Of a DNA stretch of 64,000 nucleotides, positions 1 to 9,746 are shown in pieces. The notes below the pieces were generated by a model that saw nothing but the letters and a program-made list of their open reading frames with translations, did no database searches and was not told the DNA's origin. The translations under genes were made by a program, and so were the position numbers. The DNA is taken from positions 320,001-384,000 of the forward strand of contig CAWAWS010000003.1 of the NCBI GenBank assembly GCA_963785725.1, in the 5' to 3' direction. The number at the start of each line of letters is the position of its first letter. Positions within the stretch are counted from its first letter, which is position 1. The stretch is from an uncultured delta proteobacterium (GTDB taxonomy: Bacteria > Myxococcota_A > Polyangia > Palsa-1104).

Positions 1-395
1 GACATTCCTGCGCCTCTCCACATTCGCCAGCAGTTTCGAAGATCGTGCAATGACTCACTTTTGTCGACACAGCGCGTCTGCCGAATCTTCTTTGAAACAT
101 TTGGCAGCCTGTGTACTTCTTTTTCTATTCGACCAAAGTTCGCTGAGGGGTCATGCCTCATTTAGACGACAGTCGAGCATCGAACGCGCGCCGCAGCCCG
201 ATTTCGCCCAGCAGCGGCGTGGGCGCGGGCGTCGGTTTCGTCGACTGCCCGCCCGAGGCTTTGACCGCTCGCTGGACTAAGTCCCAAATTCCGCCGCCTC
301 GCCGCTGCGACCCAGGTTCGATCGAGACGCGCGATTTACGCGGCGTCTTTCATGACTCGCCTACTTCCACCACCGAGCGTCACTGGAGAAAACCC

Positions 396-3300
396 ATGAT
401 CCAAACCGGGCGCTGTACCTCGCGGCTGATCGTCTTGGCCGCGACCCTCGGACTGGCCGCCGTCGGCTGCGGCGGCAGCTCTTCGATCACCAGCTTGGCC
501 GTCTCGCCGGCGACGGCGACGCTCGGCATCGGGCAGACGCAGCAGCTGACCGTCTTCGGCACGCGCAGCGACGGCTCGGAAGCGTCGGTCACGGGCGCGA
601 CCTGGACCTCGTCGAACGCCGGCGTCGCGACCGTCAGCAGCACCGGCGCGGTCACCGGCGTCGCCGCCGGCAGCGCCACCATCACGGCCACGTCGGCCGG
701 ACGCAGCGCCACGGCGAGCATCACCGTCACCGGCGCCGCGCTGAGCACGATCTCGGTCTCGCCGTCGACGATCAGCCTCGCGGTCGGTAAGACGCAGGCG
801 TTGACCGTGACCGGCACCTACGCCGACGGCTCGACGGCGACCGTGACCTCGAGCGCGACGTTCACGTCGTCGGCGCCGACCATCGCCAGCGTCAGCACGT
901 CGGGCGGCATCACGGCCGTGGCGCCGGGTGACGCGACCATCACCGCCACCGTGTCTGGGCAGACGGCCACCGTCGCCGTCACCGTCACCGCCAGCACGGC
1001 GACGCTGACGTCGATCGCGGCCACGCCGGCCACGGTCACGCTGGCGCCCGCCGCCACGCAAGCCATCGTCGTCACGGCCACGTACTCGGACGGCTCGATG
1101 TCGCCGGTGACGACGAGCGCGACGTTCATGTCGTCGGACGCCACGAAAGCGACCGTCAGCGCCGCCGGGCTCATCACCGCCGTCGCCGTCGGCACGGCGA
1201 CGATCACCGCGACGTTCTCGGGCAAGACGGCCACCGTCGCCGTCACCGTGAGCGCGGCCACGCCGACGCTGGTCTCGATCGCGGTCACGCCCAATCCGGT
1301 GGCGCTGGCGCCGGCGGCGACCGCGCAGCTCGTCGTCACCGGCACCTTCACGTCGGGCCCGACGCAGAACCTGACGTCGACGGCGACGTTCATGTCGGCC
1401 GGCACCGGCACCGCCACCGTCAGCGCCGCAGGGCTCGTCACCGCCGTCGCCAACGGCAGCACGACCATCACCGCCAGCGTGACGCCGGCGGGCGGCAGCG
1501 CCAAGACCGCCACCACCACCGTCAACGTCGCCACCGCGCCGCTCGGCGGCAAAGTCTTCTACGCCGGCGCCTACGACACGGGCGTCGCCTTCCAGCCCTT
1601 CGGCGGCTCGACGAACGACGTCACCGTCGACGCCACCACGACGCTCAACGCCACCGGCCACGGCTCGCTCAAGGTCAACTTCCCGGCGACGGGCTACACC
1701 GGCGGCGCCTTCGTCGACACCAGCGGCCCGCGCAACTTGACGGCGTTCGACTCGGTGACGTTCTGGGCCAAGGCGAGCGGCGCCATCACCTTCGAGAAGG
1801 TCGGCCTCGGCAACAACGGCGGCTTCTCGGCCAACAACGGCTACGACGTCGAAGAGGACGCGCTCGCGGTGACGACGACGTGGCAGAAGTTCATCGTGCC
1901 CATCCCGCTCGCGGCCAAGCTCACCGCCAACGACGGCCTCTTCCACTTCGCCGACGGCACCAACCACTCGGGCGCCAGCACCGTCACCGTTTGGCTGGCC
2001 GACATTCAGTACGAGGCGCTCGGCTCGGGCGTCATCAGCGCGCCGGTGCCGACGTGGACCAACGCCGGCGTCACGGTGGCCAACGCCGCGACCTATCAGA
2101 TTCAGGCGTCGGACCTGGCGATCGCCTATACCGTCAACTCGGCGCCGCTGACGCTGACGGTGCCCAACCCCAACTACTTTACGTTCACGTCGGACAACGC
2201 GGTGGCCACCGTCAACGCGACCGGGCTCGTGACCGGCGTGAACACGGGCGCCAACGTCGTCGCCAACATCACGGCCGACCTCGGCACCGTCGCCACCAGC
2301 AACAAGCTCGCCGTCACCGTCACCAACGGCATCGTCAGCGCGCCGACGACGCTACCGCCGGTGCCGACGATCGCCGCCGGCGCCAACGTCATCTCGCTCT
2401 ACAGCTCGGTCACGGGCGGCTACGGCGGCACCGCCTCCGACAAGAGCGGCAACGTCGACACCTGGCTGACGTGCTGGAGCGCGGGCACGGGCGGCGATCC
2501 GATCCCCGCCATCACCGTCGGCGCGAGCACGGCCAGCCCGCGCAAGTACGTCTTTACCGCGAGCAACGCTTACAGCGGCGTCGAGGTGCTGGGCAAGACC
2601 GGCGCCACGCAGCCCGGCAGCTGCGGCGGCACCATCACCGGCACCAACGAGCTCGACCTCAGCAGCATGACCGGGCTGCACGTCGACGTCTGGACGCCTG
2701 ACGACAGCAGCAACTTGCAGTTCAAGATCGTCGACGCCGGCACCGACGGCCTGCTCGATGGGCCGGACATCAGCGGCGTGGCGACGCTCACCACCGGCTC
2801 GACGCCGCCGCTCGCCACCGGGCAGTGGCTGTCGTACGATCTGCCGTTCACGACTGCGTTCCCCGGCAACGACTTCGGCAGCAACGCCACCCTCTTGCAC
2901 CACTTCGGCCAGCTGGTCATCGTCGCGCCCAACGGCGGCACCGTCTTCATCGACAACCTCTACTTCTACAACGCCGGCACGGGCGGCGGCGCCGGTGGTG
3001 GCGGCAGCGGCGGCGGCGGCGGCGCTGCCGGCGGCGGCGGCACGGGCGGCGGCGGTGGAACGGCCGGCGGCGGCGGAACTGCCGGCGCCGCACCGACGAC
3101 GCTGGCCGCGGCGCCGACCGCGTTGCCGGCCAACGTCATCTCGCTGTTCAGCTCGACGTACACCGGCGGCACCGCCGGCGGCGACTACAGCGCGCGCGTC
3201 GACTCCTACGCCGCCAGCTGCTTCGGGCCGCCCGGCAACACCGTCGCCGACTACACCATCGCCGGCACGAGCCACGTCGTGAAGGCGTACTCGATTCCGG

Positions 3301-3719
3301 CCGCCTTCGCCGTCGTCGAGACGATCGGCGGCACCGGCGGCACGCCGACGCCGCCCGACTCGCTCATCTGCAACGGCGGCACGCAGACCGGCAGCAACCT
3401 CCTCGACGTCAGCGCCATGACGACGCTGCACTTCGACGTCTGGTCACCGGGCGGCTCGACGAACTTCCAGGTCCACCTCGTCGACGCCGACGCGACGTCG
3501 ACGATCGCCGGCCCCGGCGCCGCGTCGGGCGCGACGGCGGGCACGGATTACGCGACGGGCGCCAACACCATCGCCGCCGGCGCGTGGGTGCCGTTCGACA
3601 TCGCGCTGTCGTCGCTGGGCGCCGGCTCGCCGGCGGGCCTGACGAAGCTCGGGCTCATCAAGTTCTTCACCAGCGACGCCGGCACCTTCTACGTCGACAA
3701 TCTGTACTTCCACAATTAG
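396..3719 (+). CDS. Large surface lipoprotein: Ig-like (Big_2-type) repeats, carbohydrate-binding-like domain, two copies of a C-terminal beta-sandwich domain
   Basis: GGAG then ATG at 396; lipobox LAAVGC; about 5 repeats of 'SIAVTP...ATF.SS...ATVS..G.VTAVA.G.ATITAT' plus a sixth degenerate one; duplicated 'APTT...ANVISL.SS...LH.DVW...F.(I/V)DNLYF' domain separated by a Gly-rich linker. Confidence 0.85.
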   Translation: MIQTGRCTSRLIVLAATLGLAAVGCGGSSSITSLAVSPATATLGIGQTQQLTVFGTRSDGSEASVTGATWTSSNAGVATVSSTGAVTGVAAGSATITATSAGRSATASITVTGAALSTISVSPSTISLAVGKTQALTVTGTYADGSTATVTSSATFTSSAPTIASVSTSGGITAVAPGDATITATVSGQTATVAVTVTASTATLTSIAATPATVTLAPAATQAIVVTATYSDGSMSPVTTSATFMSSDATKATVSAAGLITAVAVGTATITATFSGKTATVAVTVSAATPTLVSIAVTPNPVALAPAATAQLVVTGTFTSGPTQNLTSTATFMSAGTGTATVSAAGLVTAVANGSTTITASVTPAGGSAKTATTTVNVATAPLGGKVFYAGAYDTGVAFQPFGGSTNDVTVDATTTLNATGHGSLKVNFPATGYTGGAFVDTSGPRNLTAFDSVTFWAKASGAITFEKVGLGNNGGFSANNGYDVEEDALAVTTTWQKFIVPIPLAAKLTANDGLFHFADGTNHSGASTVTVWLADIQYEALGSGVISAPVPTWTNAGVTVANAATYQIQASDLAIAYTVNSAPLTLTVPNPNYFTFTSDNAVATVNATGLVTGVNTGANVVANITADLGTVATSNKLAVTVTNGIVSAPTTLPPVPTIAAGANVISLYSSVTGGYGGTASDKSGNVDTWLTCWSAGTGGDPIPAITVGASTASPRKYVFTASNAYSGVEVLGKTGATQPGSCGGTITGTNELDLSSMTGLHVDVWTPDDSSNLQFKIVDAGTDGLLDGPDISGVATLTTGSTPPLATGQWLSYDLPFTTAFPGNDFGSNATLLHHFGQLVIVAPNGGTVFIDNLYFYNAGTGGGAGGGGSGGGGGAAGGGGTGGGGGTAGGGGTAGAAPTTLAAAPTALPANVISLFSSTYTGGTAGGDYSARVDSYAASCFGPPGNTVADYTIAGTSHVVKAYSIPAAFAVVETIGGTGGTPTPPDSLICNGGTQTGSNLLDVSAMTTLHFDVWSPGGSTNFQVHLVDADATSTIAGPGAASGATAGTDYATGANTIAAGAWVPFDIALSSLGAGSPAGLTKLGLIKFFTSDAGTFYVDNLYFHN

Positions 3720-3777
3720 TCGACCCGCGCCACGCCCCTTCGCCGTTACCGCCTCATCGTCCTAGCCACGCGCGCGT

Positions 3778-4040
3778 TCACGGGCAGGGCCAGCTCGGCA
3801 ACAAGCGGCCGAACGTCTCGGCGTGGTTGAAGCGCACGGGCGACGTGCCGATGATCGTGTCCTGGCGCGTCCCGGCGAGCGAGTCGCTGTCGGCCACCGT
3901 GACGGCGCCGCTCGTCAGCCACTCGCGTAATGGGCCTTTGCGGAACGAGCTGGGCCTCGCCGATCGTGCCGCGATCGGCGAGCCAGGCGCGATGGCCATC
4001 GTCGCGGTCGACGATATCGATCGGAATGCCGCGAAATGAA
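3778..4040 (-). pseudogene. Possible frameshifted gene remnant of unknown function
   Basis: Two consecutive minus-strand frames with coding-like GC3 bias (FRGIPIDIVDRDDGHRAWLADRG.. then ..SGAVTVADSDSLAGTRQDTIIGTSPVRFNHAETFGRLLPSWPCP*). Confidence 0.3.
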
Positions 4041-4166
4041 GTACCGCGATCACAACAGCCGGCGCGGCCAAGTGATTCCCTCGTGGAGATCCGCTGGCGC
4101 CGGCGGCGCGCTGAATTACGCATCGAGCACGCGGTCGCGGGACGGCGACCGCAAACGGGGGCGCGC

Positions 4167-4943
4167 ATGAGCAGCGTGGCGAAGCGGGCCGGCGATCGGC
4201 CGGCGACAACGGCGCACGACGACGCGGTCGTGTTCGATCGCGTGACGTTTTCCTACGGCGGCGCCGCCGCGGCGCTCGACGGCGTCGACCTGCGCGTGCC
4301 GCGCGGCGTGCTCTTCGCGCTCATCGGGCCCAACGGCGCCGGCAAGAGCACGGCGCTCAACCTCATCACGACGCTGCTCGAGCCCGGCCAAGGCCACGTC
4401 CGCGTGTGCGGCCACGACAGCGTGCAGCAGCCCGACGCCGTGCGCCGCGTGCTCGGCTACGCGCCCGAGGAGTCGCTGCTCTTCAGCGGGCTGACGGCGC
4501 GCGAATTCGTCGCGCTGTCGGCGACGCTGCACGGCCTCGACGTGCGCACCGCCGCCGACGCGACGGCGCAGCTGCTCGGCGACTTCGGCCTCGGCGAGCG
4601 CGCCGACGACATGCTGGCGTCGTTCTCGAAGGGCATGCGGCGCAAGACGGTGCTGGCGGCGGCGCTGGTGCACGATCCCGAGCTATTGGTGCTCGACGAG
4701 CCGATGGAGGGCCTCGACGTCATCGCGCAGCAGACGCTGAAGGAGCTCTTGCGCCGGCGGGTCGCGCGCGGCCGCTCGGTGCTTTATTCGACGCACATCA
4801 TAGAGATCATCGAAGCGCTGTGCTCGCACGTGGCGGTGCTGCGGCAGGGTCGCGTGCTCGCTGAAGGCGCCATCGCCGACGCCCGCGCCGCGCTCGGCGT
4901 CGCGCGACTGGAGGACGTCTTCCGCCTGCCGGCCGCGCCATGA
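4167..4943 (+). CDS. ABC transporter ATP-binding protein (ABC-2 type)
   Basis: Walker A GPNGAGKST, signature FSKGMRRK, Walker B LLVLDEP, H-loop STH. Confidence 0.95.
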   Translation: MSSVAKRAGDRPATTAHDDAVVFDRVTFSYGGAAAALDGVDLRVPRGVLFALIGPNGAGKSTALNLITTLLEPGQGHVRVCGHDSVQQPDAVRRVLGYAPEESLLFSGLTAREFVALSATLHGLDVRTAADATAQLLGDFGLGERADDMLASFSKGMRRKTVLAAALVHDPELLVLDEPMEGLDVIAQQTLKELLRRRVARGRSVLYSTHIIEIIEALCSHVAVLRQGRVLAEGAIADARAALGVARLEDVFRLPAAP

Positions 4944-6481
4944 CCGGCGCCGCCATCGCGGCGCAGCTGGCGCGCCTGGCCGGCGTGCGCCTCGACGAAG
5001 CGCGCGTGTTGGCCGATCATTTGGCGCGCGACCGCCGCCGGCGCATGGACGCGCGCGCCCGCCAAAGCGGCCTGTCCGCCGACGCGCTCGACGTCCTCGT
5101 CGCGCTCTACTTGGCGCTGGCCGGCGTCGGCTGCGCGGGCGTGGCGCTGTTCCTGCGCGCCGAGCCGGCCCGCGCGGCGCTGCTCTTGTACGCGATTCTC
5201 ATGCTGCTGGCGCTCGGGCTCAGCTTCTCCGAGCTGTTCGCCGTGCTGCTCGCCGACGAAGGCTTTCGCGTCGTCGCCTCGTGGCCGGTGCGGTCGCAGA
5301 GCTTCCTCTTGGCGCGACTGCGCGAGCCGGCGCGGCGCCTCGGCCAGGCGATGCTGCTCTTGGCCGTGCCGCCGGCGCTGGCGCTGGCGATCGGCAGCGG
5401 CATTCCGCTCGTCACCGGCGCCGTCTTTCTCGTCGTGGCGCTGGCCGGCGCCGTGGCCATGCTCTTCATCGTCGCCGCCATCTACAGCGCGCTCGTCGCG
5501 AGCCTGGGCGCGCGGCGCGCGCGCGTCATCGGCAGCGTGCTGCAGCTCGTCGGCCTGGTGGCGCCGCTCGGGTTGGGCGCGAGCGTCCGGCAGCTCCCGC
5601 TCGCGCGGCTCGACTTGGCGGCGGCACCGCGCGCCCTGCCGCTGACGTGGATGGCGGCGCTCGTGCAAGCCGCCGCCGGTCGGCTGCACGCCGCCGACGC
5701 GTGGATGATCGCGGCCGCGCTCGCCTGGCTGCTGCTGGCGCCGCTGGCGTCTTTCGCGTGGACGGCGCGCCAATACACGCGCGGCCTCATGACGGCGCGG
5801 CTGCAGCGCACGCGGCCGCCGTGGACGCCGCCGGTCGGCTGGGTGCTGGCGCTGCTGCGCCGCCCGGCCGATCGCATCGTCGTGACGCTGCTGGTGGCGC
5901 ACGCGCGGTTCGACTGGCGCTTTCGCGCGCAGCTGCTGGCGCTGCCGATCGGCCTCGGCGCCGTGCTGAGCGCGTATGCCGGCGGCCTCGCGGTGCGGCA
6001 GCTGTTCGCCGATCCGCTGCATGCGACGGGACTTTGGCAGCCGTCGATGCTGTTCATCGTCTTGGCGCTGCTGCAGCCGGCGCTGACGCTGCCGCTCTTG
6101 TCGGGCAGCGCCGAGCACGGCGCGGCGTGGATCTTGCGCGTGGGCGCGCTGCCGATGGACGCCTTTGCCGTCGCCGGTCGGCGCGTCGTGCGCGTGCTGT
6201 TCATCGCGCCGATGCTGCTGTTGACGACGCTCGGCTACGTCTGGGCGGGCGCGCCGCTACCGTCGATCGTCGTCCACGTGGCGACGATGGCGCTCTTGTC
6301 CGAAGCGGTGGCGCGCCTGGTCGCCGAGGCGTTCCCCTATCCGCCGTTTACACGACCGACGGACGACGACGAGCGCGCCAAGACGATGATGGCGACCGCG
6401 CTCCTCGCCTATGTCACCTGCGGGCTGACGGCGCTCGCCGTCGTCCATATCGTGTACGCCGTGGCCGCGCACTGGCTATGA
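4940..6481 (+). CDS. ABC-2 type permease (multi-pass membrane protein)
   Basis: ATGA overlap with the ATPase stop; many hydrophobic helices. Confidence 0.8.
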   Translation: MTGAAIAAQLARLAGVRLDEARVLADHLARDRRRRMDARARQSGLSADALDVLVALYLALAGVGCAGVALFLRAEPARAALLLYAILMLLALGLSFSELFAVLLADEGFRVVASWPVRSQSFLLARLREPARRLGQAMLLLAVPPALALAIGSGIPLVTGAVFLVVALAGAVAMLFIVAAIYSALVASLGARRARVIGSVLQLVGLVAPLGLGASVRQLPLARLDLAAAPRALPLTWMAALVQAAAGRLHAADAWMIAAALAWLLLAPLASFAWTARQYTRGLMTARLQRTRPPWTPPVGWVLALLRRPADRIVVTLLVAHARFDWRFRAQLLALPIGLGAVLSAYAGGLAVRQLFADPLHATGLWQPSMLFIVLALLQPALTLPLLSGSAEHGAAWILRVGALPMDAFAVAGRRVVRVLFIAPMLLLTTLGYVWAGAPLPSIVVHVATMALLSEAVARLVAEAFPYPPFTRPTDDDERAKTMMATALLAYVTCGLTALAVVHIVYAVAAHWL

Positions 6482-6497
6482 ACGACGGTCGTCGCGC

Positions 6498-7322
6498 TCA
6501 GCCTTGAATGAACGCCAATATCTCTTTATTGACGATATCGGGATGCGTAGCCGGCATTCCATGCGGCAAGTCTTTGTAGACTTTAAACGTGCTGTTCTTC
6601 AGCAGCTTGGCCGACAGTGGACCGGCGTCCGCGAAGGGCACGATCTGATCGTCCTCGCTATGCATGACCAGCACCGGCACCGTGATCTTCTTCAGATCTT
6701 CCGTATGATCCGTCTCCGAGAAGACCTTGATACAATCGTAATGAGCCTTCGTCCCGCCCATCATTCCTTGTCGCCACCAATTGTCGATGATGCCTTGTGA
6801 TATTTTGGCGTTGGGGCGATTGAAGCCGTAAAATGGACCGGCCGCGACGTCTCTATAGAGTTGCGCCCGATTTGCCGCCAGCGCATTGCGATAACCGTCG
6901 AACACCTCCATCGGCGTGCCGCCCGGATTCTTCGCCGACTTCACCATGATGGGCGGAATCGCGCTAATGAGGACGGCCTTGGCCGCACGACCATTGGCGT
7001 GTTGCGCGACATAACGCGTGACCTCGCCGCCGCCCGTCGAATGGCCGATATGAATGGCGTTATTGAGCTTCAGCGCCGTCACCAGCTCGGCGGCGTCCGC
7101 GGCGTAGGTATCCATGTCATTGCCGGTATCGGTCTGCGTCGATCGACCGTGCCCGCGGCGATCGTGCGCGATGACGCGATAGCCGCGCGCCAGAAAGAAC
7201 AACATCTGATTGTCCCAGTCGTCGGCGCTGAGCGGCCAGCCGTGGTGAAAGACGATCGGCTGACCCTTACCCCAATCCTTATAAAAGATTTCGGTGCCGT
7301 CTTTCGTCGTGATCTTTCCCAT
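6498..7322 (-). CDS. cpo: Non-heme chloroperoxidase / alpha-beta hydrolase
   Basis: [34 protein letters not shown] nucleophile, DDQIVP, PHG; SD AGGAG. Confidence 0.93.
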   Translation of the reverse strand: MGKITTKDGTEIFYKDWGKGQPIVFHHGWPLSADDWDNQMLFFLARGYRVIAHDRRGHGRSTQTDTGNDMDTYAADAAELVTALKLNNAIHIGHSTGGGEVTRYVAQHANGRAAKAVLISAIPPIMVKSAKNPGGTPMEVFDGYRNALAANRAQLYRDVAAGPFYGFNRPNAKISQGIIDNWWRQGMMGGTKAHYDCIKVFSETDHTEDLKKITVPVLVMHSEDDQIVPFADAGPLSAKLLKNSTFKVYKDLPHGMPATHPDIVNKEILAFIQG

Positions 7323-7472
7323 CAGTCGGCTCCTTTAGTTGATCTACCCGTGGCTATGAAATCGACCGCACGGACTGATATGCAGAGCGCCGGCAAAGAC
7401 AAGCCCTCGGCGACGCCGCGATTGTCGTGACGTCGCTGCGGCGACTGACGTATCCTCGGTAGACGAGGATTC

Positions 7473-7811
7473 TTGACGTCGCTCACCGTGCGCTTCGTGT
7501 GTGTCCTCCTCGCCCTCGCGGCCGCGCGCTCGGCTGACGCGGCATCGCCGGCGCTGGCGAGCGGCACGCTGCAGCTGGAGACGGCCGCCAACAGCGGCGC
7601 CACCGCCACCGTGTCGATGGCCGGCGGCACCATCGTCGTCACGTCGAGCGAGGTCATCAGCCTCGGCAGCGTGGCGGGCTGGACGGGCGACGGCACGACC
7701 ACCGTCAGCGGACCGGCCGACATCATGACCGCCGGCTTCGCCCTCGGCTTCGCCAGCCTCACCTTCGGCAGCGACTTCGCGACGCCGGGCGCTCACGCCG
7801 CTTTGCCGTAG
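7473..7811 (+). CDS. Short secreted hypothetical protein, possibly truncated
   Basis: GAGG then TTG; signal-peptide-like N-terminus (VCVLLALAAARSADA); coding-like GC3. Confidence 0.5.
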   Translation: MTSLTVRFVCVLLALAAARSADAASPALASGTLQLETAANSGATATVSMAGGTIVVTSSEVISLGSVAGWTGDGTTTVSGPADIMTAGFALGFASLTFGSDFATPGAHAALP

Positions 7812-7832
7812 CCGCGTAAGACGGAATGGCGG

Positions 7833-9404
7833 CTATTGCACTTCGTGCGCGCCGATATCGTACGCGGCGCCCTTCGGTCGGATCGTGAGGTCGACGTCAT
7901 GGCCCATGTTCGGCGTGCCCGGACTGGTGACCTTGTCGATGCAGCACGCGATATTGGCCGGGTCGTTCGCGATCAAATGGAAGTCGCTCGCGCTCACGAA
8001 CGTCGGCGGCGCCGCGCTCTCGGTGCCGCGGTTGTCGTCGCCGGCCGCGGTCACGACGTTGGTCAACGAGCACTGCGGGCCCAGCTGCGAGCCGCCGCTC
8101 GTCGTGTTCTTGTAGAAGATCGAGTCGACGATCGATTTGATCGCGCCCGATCCGCAATCGGCGCCGCCGACGCCGGCCACGACCGTGTTGCGCACGACCG
8201 TGTTGAAGGCGAACTGCAGCGTCGTCGCTTTGTCGATCGTGACGCCGCCGGTCGTGGCCGTGACGCTGCCGTTGCCGGCGATGATGCTGTTGGTGATCGT
8301 GGCGCTGTTGGTGCCGCTCAGGATGATGCCGCCGCCCAGGTTGCCGGCGGCCGCGCCCCACAGCCCGATGATGTCGGCGTCGGCGATCAAGGTGCACCCG
8401 TTGCTCAAGATGCCGACGTCGGAGCTGTCGTGAATGCCGGAATTGCGCACCGTCAACGTGGCATTGGCGACGGTGCTGGTGTTGTTGGTGCACACGACGC
8501 CGCGCAGCGACTTGTTGTTCACGTCGCCGGCCAGCTCCAGCCCGTCGAGGATGACGGTATGTGCGCCGGTGGTGGCGTTCATCGTGACGGAGACGGCGGC
8601 GTTGCTGTAGAGCCGCGCCACCGCCGTCGACGTCGCCGATTTTCCCGGGCCGACGATGGTGATGGTCTGATCGTTGAGCGTGATGGCGCCGTAAGGCTGG
8701 CTGCTGCCTTTGACGAGCGCGAACGGTTTGCCGGACGAGACCGCTTCGCTCACGTCGCAGTAAGGGTTCGCCGTGGAGCCGTCGCGCGTGGTGCGCGCCG
8801 CGTCGCAGGCGGCGACGGTCATGTTGCCGTTGTCGACGACGGAGACTTGGCCGACGTTCGCGCACGTGCCCGCGCTCGTGCCGTCGAGGATGCAGACGCC
8901 GGACGTGCACTCGGCGTGCGCCTGACACGCGCGGCACGAGCCATCGATGTTGCAAATCGGGCTCATGGCCATCGTGCAGTCGTTCGACTGCGTCGCCGGC
9001 GACGTGGGAACGCAGGCGACGCACTGGCCGGCGTTCGTATCGCCGCTCGGCATGCAGCGCGGCGTCGCCGCCGAACGATTGGCGCAGGCGGCGTCGTCGC
9101 CGCTCATGCAGGCGCGGCAGCTGCCGTTGCTGCCGCAGATCGGCGCGGCGGCCTGGCAGTCCTTTGCCGCCGTGGCGGACGTGCACATGGCCATCGGCAT
9201 GTCGGGGCTGCCGTCGCCGTTGCCGCCACCGCTCATGTCGTCAGCCGTAGACCTGCAAGCGTGGAACGGGACGTCGCAGAGGAACGGTGCCGTCGTGCAA
9301 TCGGAATTCTGGGTGCACCAAGCGCCTTTGATGTGGACGTCGGTGCATGCCACCAGGGCAACCCAAGCCAAAGTCGCACCCACGAGTCGAAGGCTCCGCA
9401 GCAT
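7833..9404 (-). CDS. Cys-rich lipoprotein with right-handed beta-helix C-terminal domain
   Basis: Lipobox ALVAC; repeated PIC...CRAC modules; N/G-rich beta-helix repeats; terminal DIGAHE. Confidence 0.85.
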   Translation of the reverse strand: MLRSLRLVGATLAWVALVACTDVHIKGAWCTQNSDCTTAPFLCDVPFHACRSTADDMSGGGNGDGSPDMPMAMCTSATAAKDCQAAAPICGSNGSCRACMSGDDAACANRSAATPRCMPSGDTNAGQCVACVPTSPATQSNDCTMAMSPICNIDGSCRACQAHAECTSGVCILDGTSAGTCANVGQVSVVDNGNMTVAACDAARTTRDGSTANPYCDVSEAVSSGKPFALVKGSSQPYGAITLNDQTITIVGPGKSATSTAVARLYSNAAVSVTMNATTGAHTVILDGLELAGDVNNKSLRGVVCTNNTSTVANATLTVRNSGIHDSSDVGILSNGCTLIADADIIGLWGAAAGNLGGGIILSGTNSATITNSIIAGNGSVTATTGGVTIDKATTLQFAFNTVVRNTVVAGVGGADCGSGAIKSIVDSIFYKNTTSGGSQLGPQCSLTNVVTAAGDDNRGTESAAPPTFVSASDFHLIANDPANIACCIDKVTSPGTPNMGHDVDLTIRPKGAAYDIGAHEVQ

Positions 9405-9746
9405 GGCCCCTACTCTAGATCATCTAGCTCGCGATGGTCCAAATCCCGCGTCGGAAGCGGCGCGCGGGCGACGAAGCGGCACGATTCTCGCCCGCGTTGC
9501 CGCCGACAGGTGCAACCGGCGCTCTTTTCCAGCATGACGGTAGCCCCGCGGCCCTTCGCGCGCGCGGCTCGTGCGCCGCGCGGACCCTTCTCGCCTGCCG
9601 TTTTCGGCTTACGGTGTCGGCCGCAGGCGAGTCGGCGCCGATTCCTCACGCAGCCGTCGGCCGCGCCGCGACACACTTTCACGTGTCGGATTGCATCGCC
9701 GGAGCAGCCCACACGGTTCGATAGCCGGTCAGAAAGGACAATCGCG

